A stretch of DNA of 63,817 nucleotides, filler included, from Octopus bimaculoides (GCF_001194135.2; 6 parts of 5 records of this genome joined end to end with filler, not necessarily neighbours in it); one strand, 5' to 3'; positions 23,571 through 37,272 are shown, numbered from the whole stretch's first letter. Program-made: numbers and translations. The notes: a model not told the origin generated them from the letters alone.

Positions 23571-25202
23571 TAGAAGGGCAAACATAAAGCCAAATTGTTA
23601 GTGCCAGGCAGAATGCCGGCAGGTATATCTTCCGGCTCTTTCCCCTATATCAAAATAACTGACCTGTATCTAAATTAGAAATATTAATGATAATTACCAT
23701 GTATGATTGTAAAATCAATTAAGTGCTGATAAATTACTGGATATTATTATCTATTGCATTAGATCCCTTATATCGAAAAGTCATCGAATAGGCTTTGTTT
23801 CATCTTTACGGTTTATATAGAATATCAACCATTCAAGTACTAGGTGTATTATTAATCCGTTAAAGCATATCTTCTCTCTTTGTAATAAATCAGTTTGGAA
23901 GGTCCCCCTCATTGAACAACTGTTGTTCTTTTCATTATTTCACTTTTCATATGACGAATGCCTAGTGTATACACACTCTTTAATTTGCGAGAGGACTGTT
24001 TATTTAATGTTATTTTCTATACAATATAAATACAATGTACAATATACATTTCTCAGCTAAATATTCTCATTAATCAACGACAAGCTAAACTTGAAATAAC
24101 CAAAGTTGTCCCCAAAGACAGTCAAAAGTAAAACAACAAAGTTGTTTAAATATAATTACGTACAATACAAGATTGCTTCAGTAATTATGTACACGAAAAG
24201 CTATTACATTCATGTCTACGAATCATTAGGAAGGACTTCGTTGGTGTGAATTACGTAAAGGAACCAGTTTCAACACCGAACTAATACTACGAGTTGCCAA
24301 AAACTGAACATCACATCATATTTAGAGAAGCCCTGCACTATATCAATTGAGTAACCAAACATTCGCATGACCTGATAGAAATAGGAAAGAAATCTTTTAA
24401 TCATATTTTATAATTTCACAAATTGAACAACCCATTGGCCAGTATGGTTCTTACATAGTGTGCCTGAAAAACAGAGTGGGGTAGGCTTTTGTATAGGCTG
24501 ATAACAAATGAGATTAAAAGTTGTTGAATGGTCGAAACAATGGAAAATCAATGTAATACAGAAGTGAAAATAGAATAATTGTTGTTTAAACTCGTACTTA
24601 TTCAATATTTCAGGGGATAGTACCTCTTCATCATGATACGAGGTCAAACGGGAGAAGCTATAGAGTTATCATTATCTGATATGAACGAAAGCGTACTGGC
24701 TTGCGTTAGCTGGGCTTGTAATAGTAATTAGTTGACCTCATGTAGTTCTTGTCTGTTTAATGAAAGTTTAAATTTATTTAGATACCTTCTTTGACTCTAA
24801 AATTTCATTGTTGCTTTGGTATGTGTTCTTTGATAGGGATATGCAAAATTCTGACGTGGGCCACGTCCCACCTGCAGAGGACCGATTGATATACAACGTA
24901 GACTTTTCAAAGGCTTAATTATTAAGATGAAAATGCATACAAGAACTACAAGAAGCAGACTGGTTCTATAACAACACTTGTCTATGCATGTCACTACTGT
25001 CTTCTTCATATCAAAGCGAAGATGCTAGCTATGTACCATCTCCGTTGTCATTACGTGTCCTATTGAAAAGTACTGAGTCCGAAATATTGAAAAAGATTTG
25101 CCTTCTTATTAGTACTGTAGTTTATTTACTTTACATGGATTTGGACACGTCACAAGTTTTTAAAGGATGAAATTGAACTTAACCTTCCCACTNNNNNNNN
25201 NN

Positions 25203-25409
25203 AATAATTATTTAAAATTATAATTTAGGGTATCTAAGAGATACCACCACAAAGCTTGGCTCTAAAATCACAATAAATGTTCATATAGCACCATATAGCT
25301 CCTGGTGCTATATGAACATTTATTGTGGTTTTAGAATCAAGATTTGACTGCTATTTCCAGTGTGGTGGTATCTCTTAGATACCCTAAATTATAATTTTAA
25401 ATAATTATT
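25203..25409. repeat. Foldback hairpin: 49-bp perfect outer stem plus 33-bp inner stem, 9-nt loop
   Basis: 25203-25251 is the exact reverse complement of 25361-25409. 25261-25293 pairs with 25303-25335 with one T:G. Confidence 0.95.
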
Positions 25410-25639
25410 ACTTTTGGTGGTTTTTATTCCCATGCTGGCCACTTGATAAAATCGATATTTAAATATCGATCTTATGCTTATTTATATTAATTTCTATATT
25501 TATTTCGTCATAATATTTACTGCGGTGATATTCTGACCATATTGCACGGGGAGTTTTTAGGCAGGCAATTTAAACTGGTCGTGTGCATACGTGCATATAT
25601 ATGTATGTATACGTTCCTATATGTAAGTGTATCTTATGT

Positions 25640-25674
<35 letters not shown>

Positions 25675-26470
25675 NNNNNNNNNNNNNNNNNNNNNNNNNN
25701 NNNNNNNNNNNNNNNNNNNNNNNNNNNNNNNNNNNNNNNNNNNNNNNNNNNNNNNNNNNNNNNNNNNNNNNNNNNNNNNNNNNNNNNNNNNNNNNNNNNN
25801 NNNNNNNNNNNNNNNNNNNNNNNNNNNNNNNNNNNNNNNNNNNNNNNNNNNNNNNNNNNNNNNNNNNNNNNNNNNNNNNNNNNNNNNNNNNNNNNNNNNN
25901 NNNNNNNNNNNNNNNNNNNNNNNNNNNNNNNNNNNNNNNNNNNNNNNNNNNNNNNNNNNNNNNNNNNNNNNNNNNNNNNNNNNNNNNNNNNNNNNNNNNN
26001 NNNNNNNNNNNNNNNNNNNNNNNNNNNNNNNNNNNNNNNNNNNNNNNNNNNNNNNNNNNNNNNNNNNNNNNNNNNNNNNNNNNNNNNNNNNNNNNNNNNN
26101 NNNNNNNNNNNNNNNNNNNNNNNNNNNNNNNNNNNNNNNNNNNNNNNNNNNNNNNNNNNNNNNNNNNNNNNNNNNNNNNNNNNNNNNNNNNNNNNNNNNN
26201 NNNNNNNNNNNNNNNNNNNNNNNNNNNNNNNNNNNNNNNNNNNNNNNNNNNNNNNNNNNNNNNNNNNNNNNNNNNNNNNNNNNNNNNNNNNNNNNNNNNN
26301 NNNNNNNNNNNNNNNNNNNNNNNNNNNNNNNNNNNNNNNNNNNNNNNNNNNNNNNNNNNNNNNNNNNNNNNNNNNNNNNNNNNNNNNNNNNNNNNNNNNN
26401 NNNNNNNNNNNNNNNNNNNNNNNNNNNNNNNNNNNNNNNNNNNNNNNNNNNNNNNNNNNNNNNNNNNNNN

Positions 26471-27387
26471 CACTTCTACCAATATCACCTATTGCATTTC
26501 CTGCTCTCTCTGCCATTCTGTGTACATCCGACAAACGGGGCGCCGCTTGGCTGACCGGTTCGCGGAACACCTCCGAGACATCCGCTTTGACAACGATACC
26601 TCGGTGTCACGCTATTTCCGCTCTACCGATCACTCGTCGCAACACCTGTCCGTGTTCGGATTTTCCTTACACAGGGGCCCTCCGGATTCCCGTTTGCGCC
26701 GTGAACAAGGATTAATCTTCTCTCTTCGCTCCTTTGCGCCACATGGGCTTAACTCTACTCCTCTCTTCATTTAACCTCCTCTCCTTGCTTGTCTTGCCTC
26801 TCTTCCCTTCTCTCCTTTCTCCTACTTCCTGCCACCCACCTCTCCTCTCTTGCTCTGACTCCTACTTCTCTTTACTTCTCTTCACTCCTACTTCTCTTTA
26901 CCCATACTCTCTTTCTCGCTTCTCTCTTATTCTCTTTCTCTCTCCTCTCTTTCTGTCTCCTCTCTTTCTCTCTCCTCCCTCATACCCGCCTTCCCCTTGG
27001 CCCTTCATTGTCAACCCTCCCTCATAAGCCCACCGCACCACTACACACTCCTATCCCACCATCCCATTCCGTCCCATCCCACCCTATCCCTTACACCCCA
27101 TCCCCTACACCCTCTCCCTCATGCCCCAATCCTCCCCATCCCCAGCCTAACCCACACCCCACCCGTGCTTTCCCCACTCTCACCTGCCCCACCATCCAAC
27201 ACCATCCTACCACACCACGCTACACCATAGCACACTACACATCACATCACAACACACCACCACGCACACACCAGCACTGACCAATTCCCATCCTCACATT
27301 TTCACACCTTCACACCTCCATACACTCACGCATACGTTAAGATCACCAGCATTCTCTCACACACACGCACCTTCGTTTTGGGATCAC
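26471..27387 (+). mobile_element. Penelope-like element: GIY-YIG endonuclease C-terminus plus pyrimidine/CA-rich 3' region
   Basis: TSTNITYCISCSLCHSVYIRQTGRRLADRFAEH...EQGLIFSLRSFAPHGLN (stop at 26774) fits the PLE GIY-YIG pattern with a CxxC insert. Confidence 0.85.
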
Positions 27388-27431
27388 NNNNNNNNNNNNN
27401 NNNNNNNNNNNNNNNNNNNNNNNNNNNNNNN

Positions 27432-27443
27432 TTAATTAATTAA
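27432..27443. other. Artificial scaffold-join spacer TTAATTAATTAA (also 53854-53865, 58279-58290, 60401-60412, 62710-62721)
   Basis: Same 12-mer each time, centred in N runs (44 N + 12 + 44 N = 100 bp where counted); it has stop codons in all six frames. Confidence 0.9.
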
Positions 27444-28493
27444 NNNNNNNNNNNNNNNNNNNNNNNNNNNNNNNNNNNNNNNNNNNNGGGGGGGGGGTGT
27501 TTGTACCAAAGGAAGTTATTTTATGGCATTCCGTAAATTTAAAAAGAAAATTTTATGCCTTGAAGAGAGAAGAAATTGAAAGAGAGTAGAAAGTGGAAAG
27601 GTGACATTGGCTTAGGAGTGAGAGCAGAAAGTGAGAGAAGAAAGTGAAAGATGTATGTACATGTATATGAAATGGACGTATGTAAGTGTGCATATGTATG
27701 TGTGTGTGCGTGCGTGCATGTATATGTGTGCTTGCGTGCGTGTGTGCATGTGCGTGAGAGAGAGGGGGGAGAAGAAGTGAGTGAGTGAAGGTGTGTGTTG
27801 TCATGTATGTATTTTATGCATGTATGTGTAAGCGCCACTCACTTGCTCTCTCTCTCTCTCTGTGCCTCTCTCTCTCCCTGCCTCTCTCTCTCCCTGCCTC
27901 TCTCTCTCCCTGCCTCTCTCTCCCTCNNNNNNNNNNNNNNNNNNNNNNNNNNNNNNNNNNNNNNNNNNNNNNNNNNNNNNNNNNNNNNNNNNNNNNNNNN
28001 NNNNNNNNNNNNNNNNNNNNNNNNNNNNNNNNNNNNNNNNNNNNNNNNNNNNNNNNNNNNNNNNNTTGTATGTAGGTGTGCGTGTGTATGTGCATGTGTG
28101 TGTGTGTGCGAGAGAGAGAGAGAGAGAGAGAGAGTGACTGCATTTCTTCATAACGTATAGAGAAGTGGATGTATTATAATGAAATTTCTTTGGTTGTGGC
28201 TTATTTTAATACAATATTTATGTGTACATTTTCATAAATGTTTGAGTAGAATGCTACGCATGCGTGAAACATCGGACGAAAGTGAAACATTAGAAGCAAA
28301 TCGAAATAATGCCCAAGAATGACCTCAAAATTGTGCGACCCGACCTCGTTTCCGAGGTTATTTTAGTAGTAAAAAAGAGTTGTGTCAAAAACATAGTTTA
28401 TTTGGTAGCCTTTATATTGTGTGTTTGGTAGTCTTTATAATGTGTATTTTATACTTCTTTTATTTTCAAAATTAAGGTAAGTAGAGTTCTTTT

Positions 28494-29336
28494 TTAATCT
28501 AAAATATACTCTCCATTTTCTACAATGCTTTTTCATCTATTTGATAGAATTGCAAGGCCCCTCTTCCAAAATTCACTTGTCCGTGACGAAAAATACTCCT
28601 CCAGTACTGTTCTGACCATGTCTAAGAATTCATATTTTTTCCATCCAAATCATTTTGAAGACTGCGGAGAAAATGATAATAAAATGGGGCAATGTCTGGT
28701 GAATATGGTGGGTGGGGCATCATTTCCCTTTCAAACTGTTCCAGCCTTTGAAGTGTCATCCTGGCTTTACGTGGCCAAGCATTATGCTGATGAAAGAACA
28801 CTTTTCTTCTTGTAACCAAAAATGGTGGGTTTTCTTCTAGCGTTGACTTGAATGACTGGTTGAATGACTAAATCCATGCTTCTCTGTAAGATCCTCAACA
28901 GTTATGATGGAATGTTGTTCCACCAAGGTTTGAAGGACGTCCTCGTCGAGGTCTACAGATTTTCCAGGATGAGGTTTGTCTTCTAGGCTGTAGTTTCCGG
29001 CGCAGAATTTCCGGAACCACAGTTGAGACTGGCTTACGCTTATTGTCCGATCCCCATATACTGCATTAATATTCCTCGCACTTTCTGTTGCGTTGTTGCC
29101 TTTATTGAACTCATAAAGCAAAATATGCCGAATATACCTCTTCGTCACTTCCATTATAGCTTTGAAAAAATAGTTGTTAAAATCGAACTACACTCTTCAA
29201 AACTTTTACTAAAAATAAGGACAAAGTAAAATTACTACCTGCTTTATGGCAAGTTGATGCAGGTAGTTTGTCCCGTCCCCCTCCCACTTTTACTTCATGC
29301 AATTGAAACAACCACATTATTTATGGGATGACCCAA
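28494..29336 (-). mobile_element. Internally deleted mariner transposon
   Basis: MEVTKRYIRHILLYEFNKGNNATESARNINAVYGD (HTH) fused to HQHNA..PHPPYSPDIAP..YHFLRSLQN and IVENGEYILD*. A 5' terminus TA|ttgggtcatcccataaataatg is at about 29315-29338; the other TIR was not found. Confidence 0.9.
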
Positions 29337-29669
29337 TATATCTATAGATAGATGATAATCAGCTTTCTTTATTACAGTACAGATGTGACTAATTTGGAGA
29401 AACATTACTTTCATTATTCGCACATCGTCATTCTCGTAATGCAACAGTTTGTAATTTTGGTTCAAATTGAAAGTGTGAAACTATTTTCACTTTCTTAAAT
29501 CCTGGTCGTTGTAGAGCAGTTTCATTCAAATAACTAAAGCAGGTTGTGGAGATAACGTAGAAAATATGTAAATGAAAATGAAGTTTTTGGTAGCCGAAAG
29601 ATTGCTGAATCTTTTGAATGCATAAGGAACACACACACGCACACACGCACGCACACAGACACACACTCT

Positions 29670-29732
<63 letters not shown>

Positions 29733-29734
<2 letters not shown>

Positions 29735-30007
29735 ACGCAAGTTGCGGTGAATAAACTGTCTAAATTACGCAAAAATGAAAATAACACTGACATCTCATTT
29801 AACAGATATATTTACCAAAATTACATAAAAATATCTTGAAATAGTAAAGAGTAAATTTATTCAATAAAATCGCCATTGGCTTCAACTACGGCGTCCAGAC
29901 GACTTCGGAATCTCCTGCAACTCTTCTGGATGGTCTCTTTGTTTAAGTTGGTGAATGCTGCCATAATCTTTGCCTTCAGTTTATCTTTGGCGTTAAAAGG
30001 AGTTTTG

Positions 30008-30073
<66 letters not shown>

Positions 30074-30600
30074 TCTCTTTCTCACTCTCTCTGTCTTAAC
30101 TGCGCCCCACACAGTAATCAAGGGGGTTGGAGTCTGGGGAGTTAGGTGGCCAGATATGGTCGCAGAAATTGTCTGACAGCCATGACTGAGTTTTCCTGAT
30201 TTTGTGGCATGGTGCGGAGTCCTGTTGCCAGACATAGGGTCTTCCAGAAGCTACCCTCTTGACCCAGGGCAGCACTTCCTCTTCCAGGCAGTTGATGTAA
30301 GCCTCCGTGTTGCGTCTCAGGCCGTGTGGGAAGATGAAAGGAGTTATAACGTCGTCATCACTAGTGATCACTCCAAACACCATGATATTGACTAGATGTT
30401 TGAGAAAAAAAGCACTATGATGCAATTCACTCTGGCAGAAAATTGGAAACGACATGCTGTACTGCTTGGAATTCGCGCCAGAAGCTCCAGTACGAACATT
30501 TCAGAGAGTCTGGGTGTCTGCGGACAATGCAATCTGAGGACATGTTCCGAGACTGATAAAAGTCAAACATCTAGTCAATATCATGGTGTTTGGAGTGACC
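29733..30600 (-). mobile_element. maT (DD37D-type) Tc1/mariner transposase remnant with an internal inversion
   Basis: KHLVNIMVFGVITSD..YVWQQDSAPCH..WPPNSPDSNPLDY..CRRFRSRLDAVVEANGDFIE*. The D-to-D spacing here is 33, presumably a 4-codon deletion. The N-terminus MMQFTLAENWKRHAVLLGIRA lies on the + strand at about 30417-30530. Confidence 0.85.
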
Positions 30601-31385
30601 CTACTATGTTGTGTAACCGACAAAATCTATAACAAACAATGCGCATGCACGAAATTAAAAGTATAATATGGTGACAATTAACCCATCGCACCCTGTATAT
30701 GACAGTTATTAGTGAAGGATTATCAATCTGGGCTAAATACTTTACAAGCTCTCTATTAGGACACCAAGCTAACAACATTGGTTAGATTAGTAAAAAACTC
30801 TTGCGGCAGGGTCTGAGGTTATATTTCATCACCTTTCTATAATGTAAATCTATGGTTGTCTTCTGGTTATACTGATCCTTTACACAGAGTGTTATATAAA
30901 ACAAAGCATAAATAATGGTCCTTACATATTTCTTTTATTATTACAGCCCCTCACACATACATGTACACAAACATACACGCATACATGATTAGAAACATAC
31001 ATACATATGCAGATGTATCAAAAGCATTATAAGAATATAACAATTTACAAATTATAAATGCTGTGATAAAATTTTATCACTCGTCGTTTATTTCTTCTTT
31101 CTCGTCCATTAACGTTCTATCAATTGTCCATATATATGGAGACACAAGGTGCTTAATTAATGATGAATTGCTGATGACGTCACCGAGGTAATCGATCAGC
31201 TGGTAGCTGGTGGCGATGGTGGTGATGGTGGCGGTCTTGAGCCAACTTAGAGAGGGGGTGTGATGTGATTGGAGTATAGATGACAGCAACATCCATCTGG
31301 ACTGATGTAATTAATTTGGTGAGAGCAACACGATAGGGAGAAGGGAATCGGTATAAGAGTTTCGGGTGTCTTTTCCAGTGTGTGT

Positions 31386-31460
<75 letters not shown>

Positions 31461-33083
31461 NNNNNNNNNNNNNNNNNNNNNNNNNNNNNNNNNNNNNNNN
31501 NNNNNNNNNNNNNNNNNNNNNNNNNNNNNNNNNNNNNNNNNNNNNNNNNNNNNNNNNNNNNNNNNNNNNNNNNNNNNNNNNNNNNNNNNNNNNNNNNNNN
31601 NNNNNNNNNNNNNNNNNNNNNNNNNNNNNNNNTGTGTGTGTGTGTGTGTGTGTGTAACTGTGTTGGTATGATTGTATATGTGCATGTGTGTATGTGTAAA
31701 TGTATGTTTGTGAGTGTGATTGCGCGTGGTGTATATAAGTGTATCCACGAATGTTTATGTATGTTCGTGGTTGGATGTGTGTAAGTGTGAAACTATGCGT
31801 GTGTATGTGTGTGTGTGCATTCGTGAGTGTGTGTATGTGTGCGCGCGCGTACGTGTGTGTGTGTGTGTGTGCATGTGTATGCTTGTCAGTGCGCTTCGGT
31901 TGTATGTGTATGCTTGATTATGGTTGTGTCTGGGTATGTGCGTGTGGTTTTGAATGTGTGTGTGTGTGTATGTTTGTGTATATGTGTAAGTGTATATGTT
32001 CATTTTTGCGTGTGTATGTTTGTAATTATAAAGCAGCAGCAACAACAACAACAACAATTAGCAACAATATTGAATTGAATTAATAAGGGGACTTTTAAGT
32101 GGTGGTCGGAGCTGCTAGAAATAGCAACCACATCATCACCAAACCACACCCTTCCGTCTTAAATAATATTGGACTACATCTGAGGATGAAGATCTATGCC
32201 TGAAAATAAAATAGGCGGGTTGATCAGGGCTGGAACGCCTCTGACTATGTCTAAGCTAGTGCTAAACAACAACAATCACAAGGACACTGACGTCATCATC
32301 ATCACCATTATCGTTTTTGTCATCATCGTCGTTGTCCTTGTCACCACCACCACCACCACCACCACAACAACAGCAACAACAATAACAACAACAACCAGCA
32401 CCAGCACCACGTGATGCTCTTTACAAACCCTCCCGACCCCCTCAGTATTATGTTATAGAAGAAGGTATGTTAAATGCTTGTCCAATAACAATTTATTAAA
32501 AAAAATTGAAGTTTCAATCCACCGTGCTAAAAAGCTTCGCCGTCCTTGCCCCATGATAACATTTCTCGCACACGAAACATTAGGCTTTATATAAAGGCAG
32601 TCTGTATGGTCCAGATCCGTTTGTTGAAATCTACAGTGTATGCAACATTAGGGAAAATGTTTCGATTAATTCTATGACCATCTCTTTCCCACATCTATCG
32701 AACTCCAGAGGACATCTCTGATATCTTTTTAGTGGCTTACTAGCATTGTTGATCAGATTATTTCCAGACGCTTGAAGAAGGATTATAAACATCCATCAGT
32801 TTCTGGTCAACGTTTAACTGATACTCACTGCTGGACCGTTAACTTACAATCCAGGTACAAGGAAAGTATCTTTACTTTGATATACAGACAATTTCGAAAC
32901 AATGCAGCTGCACGAACGTCGTTGTAAGAAATGCCTTTGCCTCGTTGATGGTTACTTTATCTAAATCCAGTGAACTGAAAGCAAATAGACAATTGTCAGG
33001 CCACAGCCTAATCTAACTGATCTTGAAACCAGCCATGATTACAAGCAAGCAAGAAAGAAAGAGAAAGAGAGGTAGATAAATAG

Positions 33084-33184
<101 letters not shown>

Positions 33185-33229
33185 CAGAGAGAGAGAAAGA
33201 GTTAAAGAAAATTCAGGAATTCAGTTTCT

Positions 33230-34700
33230 TACAAATTCTCCTGTAATAGACTGAGGTCTCATTTCGCCGGAAAACTCCGCAACCTTTTTGTCTTTGGAGA
33301 AATTCTTCGATTTACTCCACTACCAACAAAATCTTTATTATATTTTTTATTTGCCAACTCTTCAATTAACTTCACGTTGCCATTTAGGACCATCGCGAAC
33401 CTCTCTCAATGAGTGGCCAAAGAACTATATTTTTGCAATTAGGTGTTATTTTCACCCGAAAAGTTATTTTTATTATTTTGCTATCTGTGGAGATTCTTTT
33501 TGGTTCTCAACTCTCGACTTCCACGGTAACCGAAACTGGTGGGCGCTGTCCCTGTATGCCGACACGGCTTACCTGCATCCTAGTTCGAGCAGGATCCAAC
33601 TAATACTTCCAACATCCGAAACGATGATCCAATAGCAAAAACGTACAAAGGCGATGAAAGATAGGATATCATTAATTCGAACCTGTTGATAGGTGACCAT
33701 TTAATCTAACAAGCAAACGGCTGCCCTGAAGACAACGTTAGGTAGCGATGGTCGATCCAATCGAAAACTTTGGATTCAACCAGGTTGATCAGAGTTCTAC
33801 TGAATGCAAGTTCATTACCTGACTTCTCAGCAATGTAACATATAAGATTGATTCTGCAGACAGGGCTTCGGGAACGGCGAATATCTATGTGTTACCTCTC
33901 ACACTCCGATAGGATAGCAATGACCAATCTCTTCGCGGTGACTTTGATCAAATCTTAAACTCTGTTTTAGTAGAATCGAAAGATGTTGATGATGATCCAC
34001 TCCTTATCTCAACAGTACCACCTCTTCTTGGTCAACACAGTTGGGGAATATTCCCACTTAGCTGTCTGTTGCACTGCATTAGACGTCTAACCAGATGGAG
34101 CTGAATAAGTGTGGCATATATAAAAAAAACCCCTCGTAGTACAAATCATCCAAACCATGTTATTTGCCTCCCATACAATCCCTCGCCATCAACAGAATCT
34201 TCTTCGATTCTGTCCAGAAGCGAATAGTATGCATCCAACATGTTTCTTCAAAGGCTTAATTGTTGAGTTGTTGTCATGTCGCACCTCTATCACTTGGGCA
34301 CATCAAACAGTTTTCGCGCCCTCTTGTATAAGTAAACACATCTTGGCTCTGGCAACGTAAGCTTTTTATTTAGCGTTAAAGAAATAGGCGAGCGCCATTT
34401 TCACCGCTTGTACATCAGTCACAATACCTTATTAATCAGCCCTTTTAATTTGCTCTTCTTCTAATTTATTAGACTTTAACTATATCAATTTTAGTCTGTT
34501 TAGAGAATCCATCAAGTAGTTAATGATCGCCTCCGTAAAAATCTTACCCAATTACACCGCTAATCCAGTCACTATAATTTTTCCCGTTGGGGAACATAGC
34601 TTCCTCCAACCAGCTTCTTTCAGTGCTTCCTATCTAAGTCTGGTGGCAGGGTTGGTGCTTATAATACCATTGCCGCTTCCGCGGTCTGTTTGAATGAGAA
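33230..34700 (-). mobile_element. Old, highly degenerate Tx1/L1-like ORF2 (RT region)
   Basis: Remnant motifs LIKVTAKRL, TLINLVESKVFDWIDHRYL (INLDQSKAFDRVDH), VRINGY and VSAYRD (SAYADD) appear in the correct order, with many stops. Confidence 0.65.
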
Positions 34701-36009
34701 GGGAAACATCGTATACTTCCAACCCCAATACTGCTGTTATTTTAGAGAAATGGGTTGGCCACTCTATGCTTTCAACATCCTTTCTCTGTTTGTTGGGTAT
34801 TTGCTTCATTTTCGTTTTTACAATGCCATCATAAGTAATATTTTTTCTTCTAAATCAGAATTTCTAAAGATTGAAAACTGAAAATGATGATTGCTCTGAG
34901 ACAAACTTTACGTGTTCGATCAGCCTGTAAGAAATGGTTATCTTCCTTAAGTTACACTCTTCTGTTTTAGAAGGGAGCATTGAATAATGTAATCCTACAT
35001 AAACCTTGTCTGAAGAGCGACCGTCATGTGTGCTTGATCAGTGCTGATCTGGGCGGAAAAACAACGATTGCAACAAGATTGCGTACAAGAGCAACGTCCA
35101 CCATAACAGCCATAAAAATGATAACAATACAACGAAGACAGCAACACGGTAACAGCAACAACACAACATTGGACACCAACAGAAACAATACAATAATATA
35201 ATAACAAGAACAACACTACAAGTAAGCCGAAACAACACCATAGTAACAACAACAACACCAACTACAACAGAGAAGCAACAAAATCGACAACAGCAACAGC
35301 AGCAACAACTACAAAGCAATACAGGTTAAACATCGGTTTCCCGGAACCTTTGATTTCACAATCTTTCCAGATTACCGAGGTTTTCGAATTATGAGTGGTC
35401 ATCTTGATCAACACAGACTAAATTAAACATATATCAAATTCATTGAATAATTAAATGAAATAAAGGTACCTTTACTTTAGTGTAAATTAGTGCGGATTAC
35501 AAGAGGTTCCGGACCAAAGTATGTCTGGAAAATATGTGTTGTACCTGGTGTATACTATGTAACAGCGACAAAACAGGGCAATTATTGAATACCAGGAAAT
35601 AATAGCAGCAATAATAACAATAGTATAATTATAAGAGCAACAACAACAACAATAACATAACTGCAACAGTAATAACAACGAGAAGAACAATGGTAACCGC
35701 GGTAACAACATCAACAATAACATCTATAAGAGCAACAATAACTAGAGAGTAAAATAAAACTACAACACTAACAGCAGCAGCAGTAGCTGTAGCAGCAGCA
35801 GCAGCAGCAGCAGTAATAGCAGTAATGGCAGTAGTAGTAGAGCAACAACAACAAACTGAAACTGAATCTCAAAGAATGCAAAAAAAAAAAAAAAAATCCC
35901 TCAAAACTGAATGAAATGATACACACCGGTGTATCAGAATAGTAAACGAACATAAATTCTTGATTTATTCAAATTATCAGGTCATTAAGAATGAAATGTC
36001 CAATTTTCT

Positions 36010-36735
36010 TATGCACCGAGTTTGACAGTCGTTAAATCTAATGTTATATTCTGACAATTCTTCGTTTTGCAACTTTGAAGAAATACATCATCACTTTTCG
36101 AAATGCAATTCATGGTGTCTGATTATATTGTGAGTTTTCTCTTGTAAATCAATTTTTGTGAACCCATGGATAGATAAAAAATTTCTGTTGTTTATGATTA
36201 TGAGTTCCGTCGTGTAACCAATGCATCCCAGACAGCTCGAAACATCAGTGAGGTGTTTGGTGAAGATGTGGCGAATGAGAGCACTGTACGTCGACGGTTT
36301 GAGAAGTTCCGGTCTGTTGACTTTACCCTTGAAAATCAGCTCCGTGTTAAACTTGAAACCAAGATGGATAATGATATGCTGGAAACTGTAGTGGAAGCGG
36401 ATACATCTCAAACTACGCGTGAGTTAGCAGCAAGGTTTGATGTTTCGATTTCAACTGTATTAGACCATCTGAAACAAATTGGCATAGTAAAGAAGCTGGA
36501 CAACTGGGTACCACACGAGCTGAACGAGCGTTAAATGACACGTCATATTGAAACTTGCTGTTCTTTGCTGCCACAGCATAAAAGTGAACCGTTTTTGCAT
36601 CGTATTGTTACTTGTCATGAAAATGGATTCTTTTCAACAACAGCAAGCGTTCTGCACGGTGTTTGGATAGAGACAAAGTGTCAAAATACAATCTAAAATA
36701 GAATACTCACACAAAAAAAAAACTAATGGTGTCTG
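36010..36735 (+). mobile_element. Mariner transposase 5' half (Hsmar1/cecropia-like), degenerate
   Basis: YEFRRVTNASQTARNISEVFGEDVANESTVRRRFEKFRS..TTRELAARFDV..KKLDNWVPHELNE..EPFLHRIVTCHE (WVPHEL motif and first catalytic D position). Confidence 0.9.
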
Positions 36736-37217
36736 GTGTGTGTGCATGTGTGCGTACAGTTTGATACACGACTGTTACTGGTTAGTTGAGAGATCTACCT
36801 AGAGAATAACCACCCATCACCTTCTAGTGCAGTGGTTTAACTACTATGGTATTACTGGTATTACTGGTTATGATATACAGAGCAAATGTAAGAGAATGAC
36901 GATGAAAACAAGTTTAAAGCTTTTGTTCCCCTCGTACGTTTCACTCTTGTGGTCACATGGAAATTCTGCATTGGATATTCCATGTGCAATTGGATGCTAA
37001 ACCACAACAGAGCATTAAGGGAGCACCTTACTGCAGTGACCTTGGAATATATCCTACTGTACGTGGCAGCTAAATAACAACATGAGAGCTTTTAAATGCA
37101 CATTATTTGTATGTGTGTGGGTGTGTGCGTGCGTGTGCATGCATTCGGGCGTGCGTTCGTGCGTGCATGTGTGTGTGTGAGTGTGCGCGCGTGTGTGCAT
37201 GTGTGTGTGTGTGTGCA

Positions 37218-37272
<55 letters not shown>

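Noticed and set aside
24853-24867. 15-bp palindrome GACGTGG-G-CCACGTC
   Set aside because: A single short palindrome is expected by chance in 64 kb, and there is no supporting context.
32860-32985. Minus-strand exon candidate (tctatttgctttcag acceptor; SLDLDKVTINEAKAFLTTTFVQLHCFEIV)
   Set aside because: Weak donor, unrecognised peptide, and adjacent to a decayed LINE of which it may be part.
35009-35065. CTGAAGA...GAAA hammerhead-like spacing (also CTGATGAtagtGAAAC at about 17382)
   Set aside because: No stem II closing pair and no stem I complementarity.
36160-36735. SETMAR-like domesticated gene
   Set aside because: Stops and frameshifts, truncation after the first catalytic position and no SET domain.
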